A DNA stretch of 63,964 bases, filler included. It is 10 parts of 10 records of this genome, joined end to end, with 100 filler letters (N's around TTAATTAATTAA, not from the genome) between each part and the next. Parts side by side here need not be neighbours in the genome. Positions count along the whole stretch, not along the records: positions 47,514 to 53,557 come from DRR723986_27139; positions 53,658 to 58,788 come from DRR723986_27165; positions 58,889 to 63,964 come from DRR723986_27835; 7 more parts are not named here. One strand, given 5' to 3'. Shown here piece by piece: positions 48,792 to 63,204 of the stretch. The translations under genes were made by a program, and so were the position numbers. The first letter of the stretch is position 1. Each line of letters starts with the position of its first letter. The notes beneath the pieces are model-generated. The model worked only from the letters and a program-made list of their open reading frames with translations, ran no database searches and was not told where the DNA came from.

Positions 48792-49379
48792 ATGCAAGCG
48801 GACCCACCCGGCAAGCTGATTGACAGGGCCATCGGCGCCTCGCTGAAAGAGTTGCGCCGCCAGAGGGGGCATTCTGCACGGTCGCTGGCCGATCTGTCTG
48901 GCGTTTCCGCCGCGATGATCAGCCGGATCGAAAACGGGCTGGTATCCCCGTCCATCGGCACCCTTGCCGCACTGGCAGAAGCGCTGGAGGTTCCCATTGT
49001 CTCGCTCTTCCGCGAAACCCAGACCGATCACACCGATTTCACGCTTGTCCGCTGCGGCGAGGGCCTGAGATCCACCCGGATCACCGACGATCATCAGCAC
49101 GAATACATCAACCTCGCCATTCACGCCCGCAAGGATCTGCGCTTTCAGGCCCGGCGGGTGACGCTGCTGCGCGAAGGCGGCCCGCCCCCCACCTATGTAG
49201 GCCACGGCGTCGTTTTTGTGCAGGTCATCGACGGTGAGGCCGTCTATCGCTATGGGCAGCAATGCCTGACCCTGCGCGCGGGCGACAGCATCAGCGTCGA
49301 TGCAGAGCTCAACCACGGTTTCGTGGAGGTTCTGACGCCCGAGTTCACCTTCCTGACCGTTCAGGCCGAAAGACCGTGA
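48792..49379 (+). CDS. XRE-family HTH + cupin transcriptional regulator
   Basis: LADLSGVSAAMISRIENG..SPS; C-terminal LRAGDS..DAE..HG cupin. Confidence 0.88.
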   Translation: MQADPPGKLIDRAIGASLKELRRQRGHSARSLADLSGVSAAMISRIENGLVSPSIGTLAALAEALEVPIVSLFRETQTDHTDFTLVRCGEGLRSTRITDDHQHEYINLAIHARKDLRFQARRVTLLREGGPPPTYVGHGVVFVQVIDGEAVYRYGQQCLTLRAGDSISVDAELNHGFVEVLTPEFTFLTVQAERP

Positions 49380-49388
49380 GACACTGAA

Positions 49389-50783
49389 ATGGCACGCCCC
49401 ATCGACAATGATCTGACCGAGGGGGCCATCGCCAGCCATTTCCGCACGCTCGCCATTCCCGGCGCTTTGGGGATGCTGTTCAACACACTCTACAACATCG
49501 TCGACATGTATTTCGCGGGGCTTCTGGGCACCAGCGCACAGGCGGGCATCGCGCTTGGGTTTCAGGCGTTTCATATCGCCATGTCCTTCGGGGTTGGCCT
49601 TGGGTCGGCCATGGGTGCGCTTGTCGGCAACGCGCTTGGCGCACGCAATCGGCGGCAGGCCCGGCGCACCATTGCGCAGGGCATCGTCTACGGGGTGTCA
49701 GCGGCCTGTGTGCTTGGCCTCGCGGGGTTGTGGTATGGCCCGCTGATAATCCGGCTGGTGTCAGAGCCCGGGGCCTATCAGGACGCGGGCATTCGCTATT
49801 TCCAGATCCTGACGCTGGCCCTGCCCGGCTTTCTGGTCGCTTTCGGCTGCAATGGCGTCTTGCAGGCTCATGGCGATGGCCGGTCCATGCAACGCGCGCT
49901 GATGGTGGCCTTCGTCGCAAATATCGGCCTCAATCCGCTGTTCATCTACGGAATTCCCGGCCTTTGGTCCGGCATCGGTTTCGACGGGCTGGCCGCCTCG
50001 ACAGTGGTTAGCCAGACCGGCGTCATGCTCTACATGGCTCGCCAGGTCTTTCGGCTGCGCACCATGGCGCGGCTCAGGGCGCGCAACTTCCGCCCGCGCG
50101 CCGACCGATTCCGAGAGATCTCTCTCCAGACGCTGCCAACGGCCACATCGATGCTGGTGATGTTCCTGTCCGGCTTCGTCGTGCAATACGCGCTGAAAGG
50201 GTTTGGCGAACATGCCGTGGCAGGCTTCGGACTCGGGATCAGGCTGGAACAGATCCTGCTGCTGCCGGTCTTCGGCGTGACCGGGGCGCTGTTGCCGATC
50301 GCTTCTCAGAATTTCGGCGCAGGCGACTATGACCGTGTCCGCGAGGCGCTGCGCTATTGCTGGAAGGTGGGCTTCGTCATGACTGCCACTGCCGCACCCA
50401 TCCTGTGGATTTTCGGCGGCACGATCCTGTCCTTCTTCACCGATGACCCCGAGGTGATCCGGGTCGGCACCATCTATCTGCGCATCGACGGGGTGATCCT
50501 GCCGGTCTACATGATGCTGTTCTCTATCAACGGGCTGCTCCAGGCGCTCAAACGCCCCATGGCCACGGTCTGGATCAGCCTTTACCGGCAGGGGTTCGGC
50601 ATTGCCTTCTTCATCTGGCTGTTCGTCGGCATCTGGGGATTTGACGAACATGGCGTCTGGTTCGGCGTGGCCTGCGCCGTTATCTCGGGCCTTGGCCTGT
50701 CACTATGGATCGCAACCCGCGTTGCCCGTCAGGAGATGGGCGGCCTGTGGCGCGGCCGGGCAGAGCCTGGGCCAGCAACCTGA
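49389..50783 (+). CDS. MATE family efflux transporter
   Basis: LYNIVDMYFAG, NIGLNPLFI, SQNFGAG.YDRV; about 12 TM. Confidence 0.9.
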   Translation: MARPIDNDLTEGAIASHFRTLAIPGALGMLFNTLYNIVDMYFAGLLGTSAQAGIALGFQAFHIAMSFGVGLGSAMGALVGNALGARNRRQARRTIAQGIVYGVSAACVLGLAGLWYGPLIIRLVSEPGAYQDAGIRYFQILTLALPGFLVAFGCNGVLQAHGDGRSMQRALMVAFVANIGLNPLFIYGIPGLWSGIGFDGLAASTVVSQTGVMLYMARQVFRLRTMARLRARNFRPRADRFREISLQTLPTATSMLVMFLSGFVVQYALKGFGEHAVAGFGLGIRLEQILLLPVFGVTGALLPIASQNFGAGDYDRVREALRYCWKVGFVMTATAAPILWIFGGTILSFFTDDPEVIRVGTIYLRIDGVILPVYMMLFSINGLLQALKRPMATVWISLYRQGFGIAFFIWLFVGIWGFDEHGVWFGVACAVISGLGLSLWIATRVARQEMGGLWRGRAEPGPAT

Positions 50784-50833
50784 CGGTCCCGGCCTGCCGG
50801 TTTCCCAATCCCGTCGGGCTTCTTGGCAAAGGC

Positions 50834-52693
50834 TCAGACCCCCTTCCGCTGTTTCTTGCGGAACTCTTCCTGACCGCTGCGCGCGGCCCGAACGCCTTCA
50901 CGCCCGGACACCTCCGGCACGCCCACATACCAATCTGCCCCGCCCGGCGTCCAGGCATGGGCGTCCGTGGCGATGGTCAGAACCGTGGTCCGGTCGGTGC
51001 CCTGCGCCCAGTCCATGGCAGCCTCCAGATCGGCGAGACTGTCGCACTGGCGCGCATAGGCCCCCATGGACTCGGCGTGTTTGGCGAAATCCACATGCAA
51101 CGGGTTGTCCTTGTTCACCACCCGCGAATCCCTGAGCAGGTTGTTGAAGCCCGCCCCGCCCATGCCGGTCTGAAGCCGGTTGATGACGCCGAACCCGCCA
51201 TTGTCGCAGACCACGACGATCATCTTGTGACCCGACAGAACCGAGGAATAGATGTCGGAGTTCATCATCATGTAGGATCCATCACCGACCATGACGATCG
51301 GGGTGCCATTGCCGCCCTTGGCCATTGCATGGCCCCAGGCCCCGGCAATCTCGTATCCCATGCAGGAAAAGCCGAACTCGCAATCAAAGGTGTCGGGGCT
51401 TTTGACCCGCCAGTTCTTGACTGTCTCGCCCGGCAGGCCGCCTGCCGCCGTCACCATGGTGTCCTCTGTCTTGGCCATCCTGTTCACTACGGCAATGACC
51501 TGTGCATAGCTGGGGGTCGTGGTGTTCGTCGCGGCCTGCCCTTCGTCCAGCATCCGGTTCCAATCGGAATAGAGCCGCCGTGCATCCACCATCCGGGCCG
51601 GACCGCAGGCCCAATCCCCAAGCGCGTGGTCCAATTCGGCCAGCGATTCCAGCGCATCGCCCACAACCGGCAACGACCGATGCTTCAGCGCATCGAAACG
51701 TGCCGCGTTGATGTTGATGAACCGGGTGTCGGGTGCGAACGTGGTCCATGATCCGGTGGTGAAGTCCTGCAACCGGGTGCCGACGGCGATCACGACATCA
51801 GCCGTCTCGGCAAGGGCCTTCGCGGCATCGGTGCCTTCGATCCCCAACGGGCCGACATAGGCGGGGTGGTTATGCACGACCGCCCCTTTTCCTGCGATGG
51901 TTTCCGCCATTGGAATGCCGCGCGCCATTGCGAACTCCGCCAGCGCCTTGCCAGCGCCGGAATATCGCACCCCGCCGCCCGAGATGATCAGCGGTGTCTT
52001 CGCGGTCCGCAGCAGATCTGCCGCCGCCGCCACCTGATCGCGTGACGGGCGCGGGCGGGGGATGGTCCATAGCCGTTCCTGGAAGAATGCGACGGGATAG
52101 TCATAGGCCAGTTCCTGCGTATCCTGCGGCAGGCCGATGAAGGCCGGGCCACACTCCGCCGGATCCAGCATTGTGGCGATGGCCTGCGGCAGCGAGGACA
52201 AAATCTGCGCGGGATGGGTGATCCGATCCCAGTACCGGCTGACCGCCTTGAAGCCATCGTTCACGGTCATCGTTGGATTGCCGAAATGTTCCACCTGCTG
52301 CAACACAGGGTCTGGCAGGCGGTTGGCATAGGTGTCGCCAGCCAATAGCAACAAAGGCAGGCGATTGGCATGGGCCACCCCGGCGGCGGTAATCATATTG
52401 GTCGCACCGGGCCCCACCGAAGAGGTTGCAATCATGATCTGCCGCCGCAGCCTGGCCTTGGCATAGCCGATTGCCGCCAGAGCCATGGATTGCTCGTTCT
52501 GACCGCGCCACGTCGGCAAGCGATCCTGCACCGTTTCCAGGGCTTCGGCCAGACAGGTCACGTTGCCATGACCGAAAATGCCAAAAACCCCGGCAAAAAG
52601 CGGCACCCGTTCACCGTCGATCTCGGTGACCTGGCTGCACAGATACCGGACCAGAGCCTGGGCCATGGTCAGACGAACCGTTTCGTGGGGCAT
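50834..52693 (-). CDS. iolD: THcHDO hydrolase (myo-inositol catabolism)
   Basis: RLTMAQALV, IFGHGNV, GQNEQSMA, PDPVLQQVE, GTRLQDFTTGS, SCMGYEIAG, TPP motif GDGSY..DNGG. Confidence 0.95.
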   Translation of the reverse strand: MPHETVRLTMAQALVRYLCSQVTEIDGERVPLFAGVFGIFGHGNVTCLAEALETVQDRLPTWRGQNEQSMALAAIGYAKARLRRQIMIATSSVGPGATNMITAAGVAHANRLPLLLLAGDTYANRLPDPVLQQVEHFGNPTMTVNDGFKAVSRYWDRITHPAQILSSLPQAIATMLDPAECGPAFIGLPQDTQELAYDYPVAFFQERLWTIPRPRPSRDQVAAAADLLRTAKTPLIISGGGVRYSGAGKALAEFAMARGIPMAETIAGKGAVVHNHPAYVGPLGIEGTDAAKALAETADVVIAVGTRLQDFTTGSWTTFAPDTRFININAARFDALKHRSLPVVGDALESLAELDHALGDWACGPARMVDARRLYSDWNRMLDEGQAATNTTTPSYAQVIAVVNRMAKTEDTMVTAAGGLPGETVKNWRVKSPDTFDCEFGFSCMGYEIAGAWGHAMAKGGNGTPIVMVGDGSYMMMNSDIYSSVLSGHKMIVVVCDNGGFGVINRLQTGMGGAGFNNLLRDSRVVNKDNPLHVDFAKHAESMGAYARQCDSLADLEAAMDWAQGTDRTTVLTIATDAHAWTPGGADWYVGVPEVSGREGVRAARSGQEEFRKKQRKGV

Positions 52694-52932
52694 GTCGCCT
52701 CCTCATGCGATACTGTTTCCCGTAGTGTTTACAATGTTTATTGTATTTTTTGAAACTACGCAATCTTTGTTGTTTTCTTGCGAGCCCGGAAACCCGACCC
52801 CCAGTTCACATGCCGAAGACCGGACTTTTAGCGCAGCAAGATGCGAACTGGTCCCAAACGCGGACGCCAGCCATCCTGACCGCAAGAAACTATCCCCGGC
52901 CATCCGGCAGGCCATACAAGGCTGTCAGGAAA

Positions 52933-52977
52933 TGGCGATCTCGCGAGAGCTCGAACCTGCGACCCACTGATTAAAAG
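52933..52977 (-). pseudogene. 3' half of a tRNA-Lys(UUU)-like sequence (att-site remnant)
   Basis: Reverse complement CTTTTAATCAGTGGGTCGCAGGTTCGAG..GATCGCCA: anticodon loop CTTTTAA, GGTTCGA T-loop, CCA; no D-arm or 5' half. Confidence 0.65.
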
Positions 52978-53047
52978 GCTTATGATTAAACCTTCCATTC
53001 CACTCACTTGAGTTCTGCACGTCTCTTTTTCTACATATTTTTAGTAG

Positions 53048-53361
53048 GTGGCGGCCAATGCGATCCGGTTTCAGATCCTTACAGGTGCACGGATCGGTGA
53101 GGTCCTTTCCGCAAAATGGGGCGACTTGGATCTCGAACGTGGCGTCTTACCACTCAAAACAGAAGCGAACGGAACATCTGCCGCTTTCGCGGTCCGCCGT
53201 GTCCCATTTGTCGGAAATGTCAGTGACGTCCACCGCAGCTGAGCCGCATCTGTTTCCCGGACGAAAGACAGGCAAACCCTGCCGGAACGTCAAGGCGTTC
53301 TGGCGGTCCGTCACGAAGGTCGCGGATCTGCCAAGCTACTGCATCCACGACAACCGCCACA
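53048..53361 (+). pseudogene. Frameshifted tyrosine integrase catalytic-domain fragment
   Basis: AIRFQILTGARIGEVL..W.DLDLERGV in one frame; KQKRTEHLPLS, LFPGR, IHDNRH in the next; no N- or C-terminus. Confidence 0.8.
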
Positions 53362-53461
53362 TTCCGCGCATGGGGCCGGTCGCGTCACCTTCACGGATGG
53401 GCGGAGATCGGAAGTTCGTTGCAAACTCGATGAAGATCTTCTTTGTTCCCACTCTCAGGGT

Positions 53462-53557
53462 GAGGCGCCCTCTGCAAAAGTTTCTCAGGCCGCGGCTTCG
53501 TTAGTCAGCAACTCTTTGATACGCTGTGGCACCTGCCTTGCGCTCATCGCCCTTGGA
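53462..53557 (-). mobile_element. Possible IS end (IR plus last codons of a gene) at contig edge
   Basis: Minus-strand frame ends ..ELLTNEAAA* immediately before ACTTTTGCAGAGGGCGCCTC, which resembles IS5/IS1182-type IRs. Confidence 0.3.
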
Positions 53558-53657
53558 NNNNNNNNNNNNNNNNNNNNNNNNNNNNNNNNNNNNNNNNNNN
53601 NTTAATTAATTAANNNNNNNNNNNNNNNNNNNNNNNNNNNNNNNNNNNNNNNNNNNN
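53558..53657. other. Artificial contig spacer
   Basis: N-run with TTAATTAATTAA. Confidence 0.99.
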
Positions 53658-58034
<4,377 letters not shown>

Positions 58035-58082
58035 CAGCAGTCTCCGTTCTATGGCAGCTGGGCTATAACGTGAACAAAATTG

Positions 58083-58098
58083 GTTACTCGCCGGTTAA
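58083..58098 (-). promoter_or_regulatory. CtrA box upstream of ctrA
   Basis: Minus strand TTAA-CCGGCGA-GTAAC vs consensus TTAA-N7-TTAAC. Confidence 0.65.
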
Positions 58099-58115
58099 TT
58101 CCTAACCAGCCTACG

Positions 58116-58403
58116 CTACTCTCCTTTAGGTTGTCTATTTTTTTTCGCGTAGGTTGTTTTCAGCCCCTGCAGCCCCGCCACCGCGATGGCGGCCAGCCAT
58201 TCATCAAACTCATCATCGCTAAGCCCATACCATTCGATCGCTTGGGCGCGGGTAATCAGCCCCCCCAGCACGCCACGCACGACGGCGGCTTTGCGGCTGG
58301 CCACCCAGCGGGTTGTGCCCAAGGGGGGCAAATCGGCGCGCGTCATCACGCTGCCATCGGGCATGGTTACGGCCCTTGGGCCATCTTGTTTGCGCAAAAA
58401 CAT
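58116..58403 (-). CDS. sciP: CtrA inhibitor SciP (DUF1153)
   Basis: TRADLPP..TTRWVASRKAAVV, YGLS..EF..W, GLKTT. Confidence 0.9.
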   Translation of the reverse strand: MFLRKQDGPRAVTMPDGSVMTRADLPPLGTTRWVASRKAAVVRGVLGGLITRAQAIEWYGLSDDEFDEWLAAIAVAGLQGLKTTYAKKNRQPKGE

Positions 58404-58445
58404 GGCGCAGCTCCTTTCTGATAAGGCAGCCTTGCGCCTTGGGGC

Positions 58446-58460
58446 TTAACGGGCCATGAA
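58446..58460. promoter_or_regulatory. CtrA-box-like site upstream of sciP
   Basis: TTAA-CGGGCCA-TGAA (one mismatch to TTAA-N7-TTAA). Confidence 0.5.
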
Positions 58461-58530
58461 GGCAGGGGTTGAGAGTATTTCCAATTTTCTTATATTCTGC
58501 CGCATCTTCCGCCTTACAAAGGAGCCATCC

Positions 58531-58788
58531 ATGGCCCTCGACAGTGATACGCCGGTAAATTCGCTTGGCTTTGCCAAACCTGCCTCGGAAACGCGGGTGG
58601 TTGTGGCCATGTCGGGGGGGGTTGATTCCTCGGTTGTGGCGGCACAATTGGCCGAAGAAGGCTACGATGTGGTGGGCGTCACGCTGCAGCTTTACGACCA
58701 TGGCGCAGCCCTGGCCAAAAAAGGCGCCTGCTGCGCGGGGTTAGACATTCACGATGCGCGCCGCGTGGCCGAGGAAATGGGCTTTCCC
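58531..58788 (+). CDS. mnmA: tRNA 2-thiouridylase MnmA (3' truncated)
   Basis: [37 protein letters not shown]. Confidence 0.95.
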
Positions 58789-58888
58789 NNNNNNNNNNNN
58801 NNNNNNNNNNNNNNNNNNNNNNNNNNNNNNNNTTAATTAATTAANNNNNNNNNNNNNNNNNNNNNNNNNNNNNNNNNNNNNNNNNNNN
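58789..58888. other. Artificial contig spacer
   Basis: N-run with TTAATTAATTAA. Confidence 0.99.
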
Positions 58889-60204
58889 AAGGGTCGATCA
58901 GTGTGGTTGATGTTTCCAATCCGGGGAATCTCACGGTACGGACAGCCGATTTTCTGGCCTTCAACAGCCAGGATGGCGCCCTGAAGGCATCGGGTGTTCG
59001 CATATACGGCCCGGGGGCCACCGTAGCCCAGGATCTGGAACCGGAATATATCACCGTCAGTGCCGACAGCCGCACTGCCTGGGTCTCTTTGCAGGAAAAC
59101 AACGCCTTGGCGAAGCTGGATATCGGCGCGGCAACGGTCACCGGTATTTTACCCCTGGGGTTCAAGGATTACGGTGTTGAGGGGCAGGGTATTGATGCCT
59201 CGGACGATGACGGCGTCATCAATATCCAGAGATGGCCGGGTGTGGTGGGTATCTACCATCCCGATGCCATCGACAGTTACCAGGCAAATGGTGAAACCTT
59301 TATCGTGACGGCCAATGAGGGTGATGCCAGGGCCTGGGGTGAAGATGACGCCGACTACTGGAATGGCGATAGTTCCAGGGGTTTTGTCGAAGAGTTGCGG
59401 GTGAAACACCTGGTACATCCGGATGGTTTTGCCCGCCGGATTGGTGACGACATGCCACCGCAACTGACTGCGCTGGCCGAAGGTGCGCTGTTGAATCCAT
59501 CCGTCTTCGATTACTGCGGTGCCACAGCCGGTGCAGCCAATGACTGTCGCGATGATGACCAGTTGGGAAGACTCAACATCAGTTGGGTGCAGGGTTACCG
59601 GGTTGATGAATATGGTGCCCCTGTCATGTTCAACGCGTCGGGTGCAGAAGACCCGGACGGCACGCTTCTGATGTACGACCAGCTGTACTCCTACGGCACG
59701 CGTTCTCTGGCGATCTGGAATGAGGACGGTGAGCTGGTATGGGACTCCGGCGATGCGATCGAGCAGTTCCTGGCCAGTGAGGACTGTCGTCTGGGTACGG
59801 CTCGTTCTATTCCCTGCTCAGACCACTTCAACTCCGCCCATGACGAGGGCATGGCGTTCGATTCCCGGTCGGACGCCAAAGGTCCGGAACCTGAAGCCGT
59901 GACTGTGGCGACGTTCGGCAATAAAACCTTTGCTTTTCTGGGCCTTGAGCGCATGGGCGGTATTCTGGTCTACGACGTAACGGACCCTGCCAGTCCGGTT
60001 CAGGTGGATTACCTGAATACCCGTGACGACTGGACCACTGTCGACACGGCTTCAGTACTCGAAACCGCAGGGGATCTGGGCGTGGAGAGCATCACTGTGG
60101 TGGCCGCCGATGACTCACCTACTGGTGAGCCGTTACTCATCACCGGCAACGAAGTCAGCGGCACCACGGCGATCTACCGTGTGAAACTCGAACTGACTGA
60201 TTAA
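58889..60204 (+). CDS. Choice-of-anchor I beta-propeller protein (alkaline-phosphatase-associated), 5' truncated
   Basis: AQDLEPEYI, SLQENNA, TANEGDAR, YSYGTRS, DSRSDAKGPEPE, GLERMGG, GNEVSGTT. Confidence 0.85.
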
Positions 60205-60219
60205 TTCAGTTTCCGGAAT

Positions 60220-60252
60220 AAAAAAGCCCCGTCTTCATGGCGGGGCTTTTTT
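60220..60252 (+). terminator. Bidirectional Rho-independent terminator
   Basis: AAAAAAGCCCCG..CGGGGCTTTTTT. Confidence 0.85.
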
Positions 60253-60283
60253 GTGTCCGGGCCAAAAAAGTGTCCACAGGATC

Positions 60284-60325
60284 GTGTCATATAACCGAAA
60301 CATATTATTAACAGTCCGTTAATAA
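60284..60325 (+). promoter_or_regulatory. Pho-box-like direct repeat plus adjacent palindrome
   Basis: GTGTCAT-ATAA-CCGAAAC (cf. CTGTCAT-N4-CTGTCAY) then TTATTAAC-N5-GTTAATAA. Confidence 0.4.
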
Positions 60326-60381
60326 ATTCCCGCCATAGTGTCGTCTCAAGATTGCTGCCAACCACCGATTGGAAATAAAGC

Positions 60382-61008
60382 GTGACGAGACTTGCCTGGA
60401 CGACCTGTTTACTTGCCGCCTTGATGCCGTTGCCGGCTCTGGCAGAGGTTCAGCTCACTTTGGGGGCCTGTGTGAACGTGCAGGCTGTTCAGGATAGCGA
60501 GCAGACCGCCGGCTCTGGCCAGTCACTGACTCTTGCTGATGGTACCCAGCAGTTGGTGGTGGAGTGCACCACCGAAATTGGTCGTGAAGAAGTGCTGGAA
60601 ACCAGCGACGCCTTCGTTGTCCGTTTCGAGGCTGCTGATACCGCACTGGCCCTGAGCGCTCCGGAAATCGAGTCGCGGAATCAAATGGACGCTTTCAATC
60701 AACAGGGTAACTGGCAGTTGACTGATCGCCAGGGCCGTGAGGTGGCGTTTACCGCCGATGTGCTCGAGAAAGAGGGCTTTCAGCTGGTGCGGGACTATGC
60801 CCGTGAGCTGGCGGCCTATAACCGTTCCGGCGCCAAAGCGGCAGTAGCTGCTCCGGGGCTGATAACCAACCAGGACGGGTTGTTGCTGGATTCGCACGTC
60901 GATCCGGATCAGGAAATGGTCAGCAGGATGCTGCGCTACTGGTATCTGAAAGCTGACGAACAAACTCGAAAAGAGTGGGACAGCTGGGTTGATTCCAGCA
61001 ACCAATAA
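60382..61008 (+). CDS. DUF2057 (YccT-like) periplasmic protein
   Basis: Signal peptide ALA; KEGFQLVRDY..EL..YN; MLRYWYLKADEQTRKE. Confidence 0.78.
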   Translation: MTRLAWTTCLLAALMPLPALAEVQLTLGACVNVQAVQDSEQTAGSGQSLTLADGTQQLVVECTTEIGREEVLETSDAFVVRFEAADTALALSAPEIESRNQMDAFNQQGNWQLTDRQGREVAFTADVLEKEGFQLVRDYARELAAYNRSGAKAAVAAPGLITNQDGLLLDSHVDPDQEMVSRMLRYWYLKADEQTRKEWDSWVDSSNQ

Positions 61009-61041
61009 ACACCAAACCAAACTGAACGTGGAGTTCCAAAA

Positions 61042-61986
61042 ATGAAGAAGCTTCTTCTGGCTGTTGCTGTGTCTACTGTTGCCGCAGGTTCTGTGAATGC
61101 TGCGACTGTTTACGAGAAAGATGGTTTTACCTACAAACTGAACGGTGACTTCCAGATTCAGTTCCGTCAGGCCACTGGCTTTGATGAGCGTGCCGAGGTT
61201 GAGTACGACGATATGGAGCTGAAAAACTACGTAGCCTACGATCTGGGCAATGACCTGACTGCGTTTGGTCGTCTGGATGTGGGTTACAAAAAAGCGGCGG
61301 AAGGCAGTCAGAACGCCAGCAACCTGGAAGAGGCTTATGTCGGTCTGAAGTACGGCGTTGCCTCCTTCTCTTTCGGTAAGCAGGACTTCGCCGGTGACGA
61401 ATTCGGTATTGAAGAAGCCTACGAAGTCGAGACCATTGATGAAGACCGGTTTGATGGCGTAGAAACAGCAGGTGACGATACGATTCGTGTCGACATCGAG
61501 CTGGAAAACGTCTATATCGCCGCTTCTCACGAAATGGATGCTGCGGATCAGGACGGTGAATACTACGATCTCTTCGTTGCTACTGAACTGGCAGGTCTGG
61601 AACTGGCAGCGGCTTACCAGCAGTCCCGAGCGGCTGGCGCGGCTGAATCTGCGGACACCTGGGGTGTGAGCGCTTCCTACGATTTCGGCTTCATGAACCT
61701 GGCCGCTGATTACAGCTCCACCGACGAAGACGACTTCGAAACCACCCAGTACAACCTGGCGGCTGTGTTTGCTGTTGCTGCCACCACCGACGTCGCACTC
61801 GGTATGGGCAACAAGGAAGAAGATGACGCGGACGACATTACCGAATGGTACGCCAACGTAACCTACAAGTTCCCGGCTGCCAAGAACGTCAGCGTGTTCG
61901 CCGAAATCGCCCAGAGCGACCTTGAAGATGCGTCTGGCGATGACGCCGACATGGGCTTCCTGGCCGGTATGCGCGTGAAGTTCTAA
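61042..61986 (+). CDS. Gram-negative trimeric porin
   Basis: Signal peptide, ATVYEKDG start, AYVGLK..FGKQ, C-terminal GMRVKF beta-signal. Confidence 0.9.
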   Translation: MKKLLLAVAVSTVAAGSVNAATVYEKDGFTYKLNGDFQIQFRQATGFDERAEVEYDDMELKNYVAYDLGNDLTAFGRLDVGYKKAAEGSQNASNLEEAYVGLKYGVASFSFGKQDFAGDEFGIEEAYEVETIDEDRFDGVETAGDDTIRVDIELENVYIAASHEMDAADQDGEYYDLFVATELAGLELAAAYQQSRAAGAAESADTWGVSASYDFGFMNLAADYSSTDEDDFETTQYNLAAVFAVAATTDVALGMGNKEEDDADDITEWYANVTYKFPAAKNVSVFAEIAQSDLEDASGDDADMGFLAGMRVKF

Positions 61987-62045
61987 GCTCGCTCGTTACA
62001 TGCGCCAGCCTGGTATCGAGCTACAGGTCAGTGCAGACGTGAAAT

Positions 62046-62073
62046 CAAGGCCGGGCCTCAGCGCCCGGCCTTG
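62046..62073. terminator. Hairpin between convergent genes
   Basis: CAAGGCCGGGC-CTCAGC-GCCCGGCCTTG. Confidence 0.65.
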
Positions 62074-62079
62074 GTGTAT

Positions 62080-63204
62080 CTAAACCGCGACCTCCAGTGG
62101 CGGCACCTCCTGATGCAAGAACCACTTCTCCGTGACCACCTTGCGGGTAAACCAGTGTGAGCGCATCAAGGTGCTGGCGATGGGCTGTTTCAGCCAGTCC
62201 GGCACCTCAAAGCCGGGCTCCTGGTCCGTGGCCCGGGTTCCGAAGCGTTCGGCAATGCGTTCACCATAGCTTTGCAGCGAGAGGGCGGAATAATCCGTGG
62301 TGGACTTGATAACATTGGCCGCCATCAGTGCCGATTCGATGGCGGGACGAATGCCCTCGCCACTCTGGGTATAGGCCAGGCCGGCCGCATCGCCAATCAG
62401 CAACACGCCGTCATCCACCAGTGGTCGGTTGGCATGGGCATACAGCAGATAGGCGTGACCTTTGAAGCGGCCTGGCAGGTCTGAAGGAATGCGGCCCGAC
62501 TGTTTCATTTCCTCGACAAAAGCTTCCAGATGATCAGATAACCGGTGGTTGTCCTCACGGCCCAGGCCGATGTTCAGATAGCTGCCTTTCCGGAAAACCC
62601 AGGCGTAGCCCTTGAGATCCCGGCAGAACCAGAGCTCTGGCGTGTCGCCGCGGGCTTCGCAGGCGCGGGCCTGCTCTGGCGTCATCTCGAACTCAACTTC
62701 CTTGGCGGCCACCACGGTTTCATGCTTGCCCGGGCCGTCGCCCAACAGCCGTGCCACCGGGCAGAAATGGCCCCCGGCACCCACCAGCAGCGGCGCCTGC
62801 CATTGATCGTTGATCACCCAGTTGCCGTTGTTCCGGTTGATGGACTTTACCGCGGTTGCCAGTTGCTTTTCACACTCGGCACGGTCCAGCAGGTAGTCGT
62901 CGAATTCGCAGCGACGAATACCGTAGCTGACAATATCCCCGTGGTCGTTCTCCACCGCACTTTGCCCCATCATGCCGATCCGGAACCGGCGAATGGGTTG
63001 CAGTGTCCGGCCGACGGAATACTTCCCCGGATCAATGTCCAGGCTGGCCATCACTGCCGGCGTAACCCAGCCGGCGCAGGTCTTGTCCCGGGGGAAGGCT
63101 TGCTTGTCGATGATCAGTACCCGTTTGCCGGAGTCCTCCAGAGCCCGGGCCAGGGTTGAGCCGGCAGGGCCGGCCCCCACGATAATGATGTCGTAGTATT
63201 CCAT
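62080..63204 (-). CDS. Geranylgeranyl-reductase-family FAD oxidoreductase (TmpA-like)
   Basis: VGAGPAG, FPRDKTCAG, GYAWVF.K, IGDAAGL..SGEGI. Confidence 0.85.
   Translation of the reverse strand: MEYYDIIIVGAGPAGSTLARALEDSGKRVLIIDKQAFPRDKTCAGWVTPAVMASLDIDPGKYSVGRTLQPIRRFRIGMMGQSAVENDHGDIVSYGIRRCEFDDYLLDRAECEKQLATAVKSINRNNGNWVINDQWQAPLLVGAGGHFCPVARLLGDGPGKHETVVAAKEVEFEMTPEQARACEARGDTPELWFCRDLKGYAWVFRKGSYLNIGLGREDNHRLSDHLEAFVEEMKQSGRIPSDLPGRFKGHAYLLYAHANRPLVDDGVLLIGDAAGLAYTQSGEGIRPAIESALMAANVIKSTTDYSALSLQSYGERIAERFGTRATDQEPGFEVPDWLKQPIASTLMRSHWFTRKVVTEKWFLHQEVPPLEVAV

Noticed and set aside
52933..52977. Functional tRNA gene
   Set aside because: 5' half (acceptor 5' strand, D-arm) is absent and the T-stem does not pair
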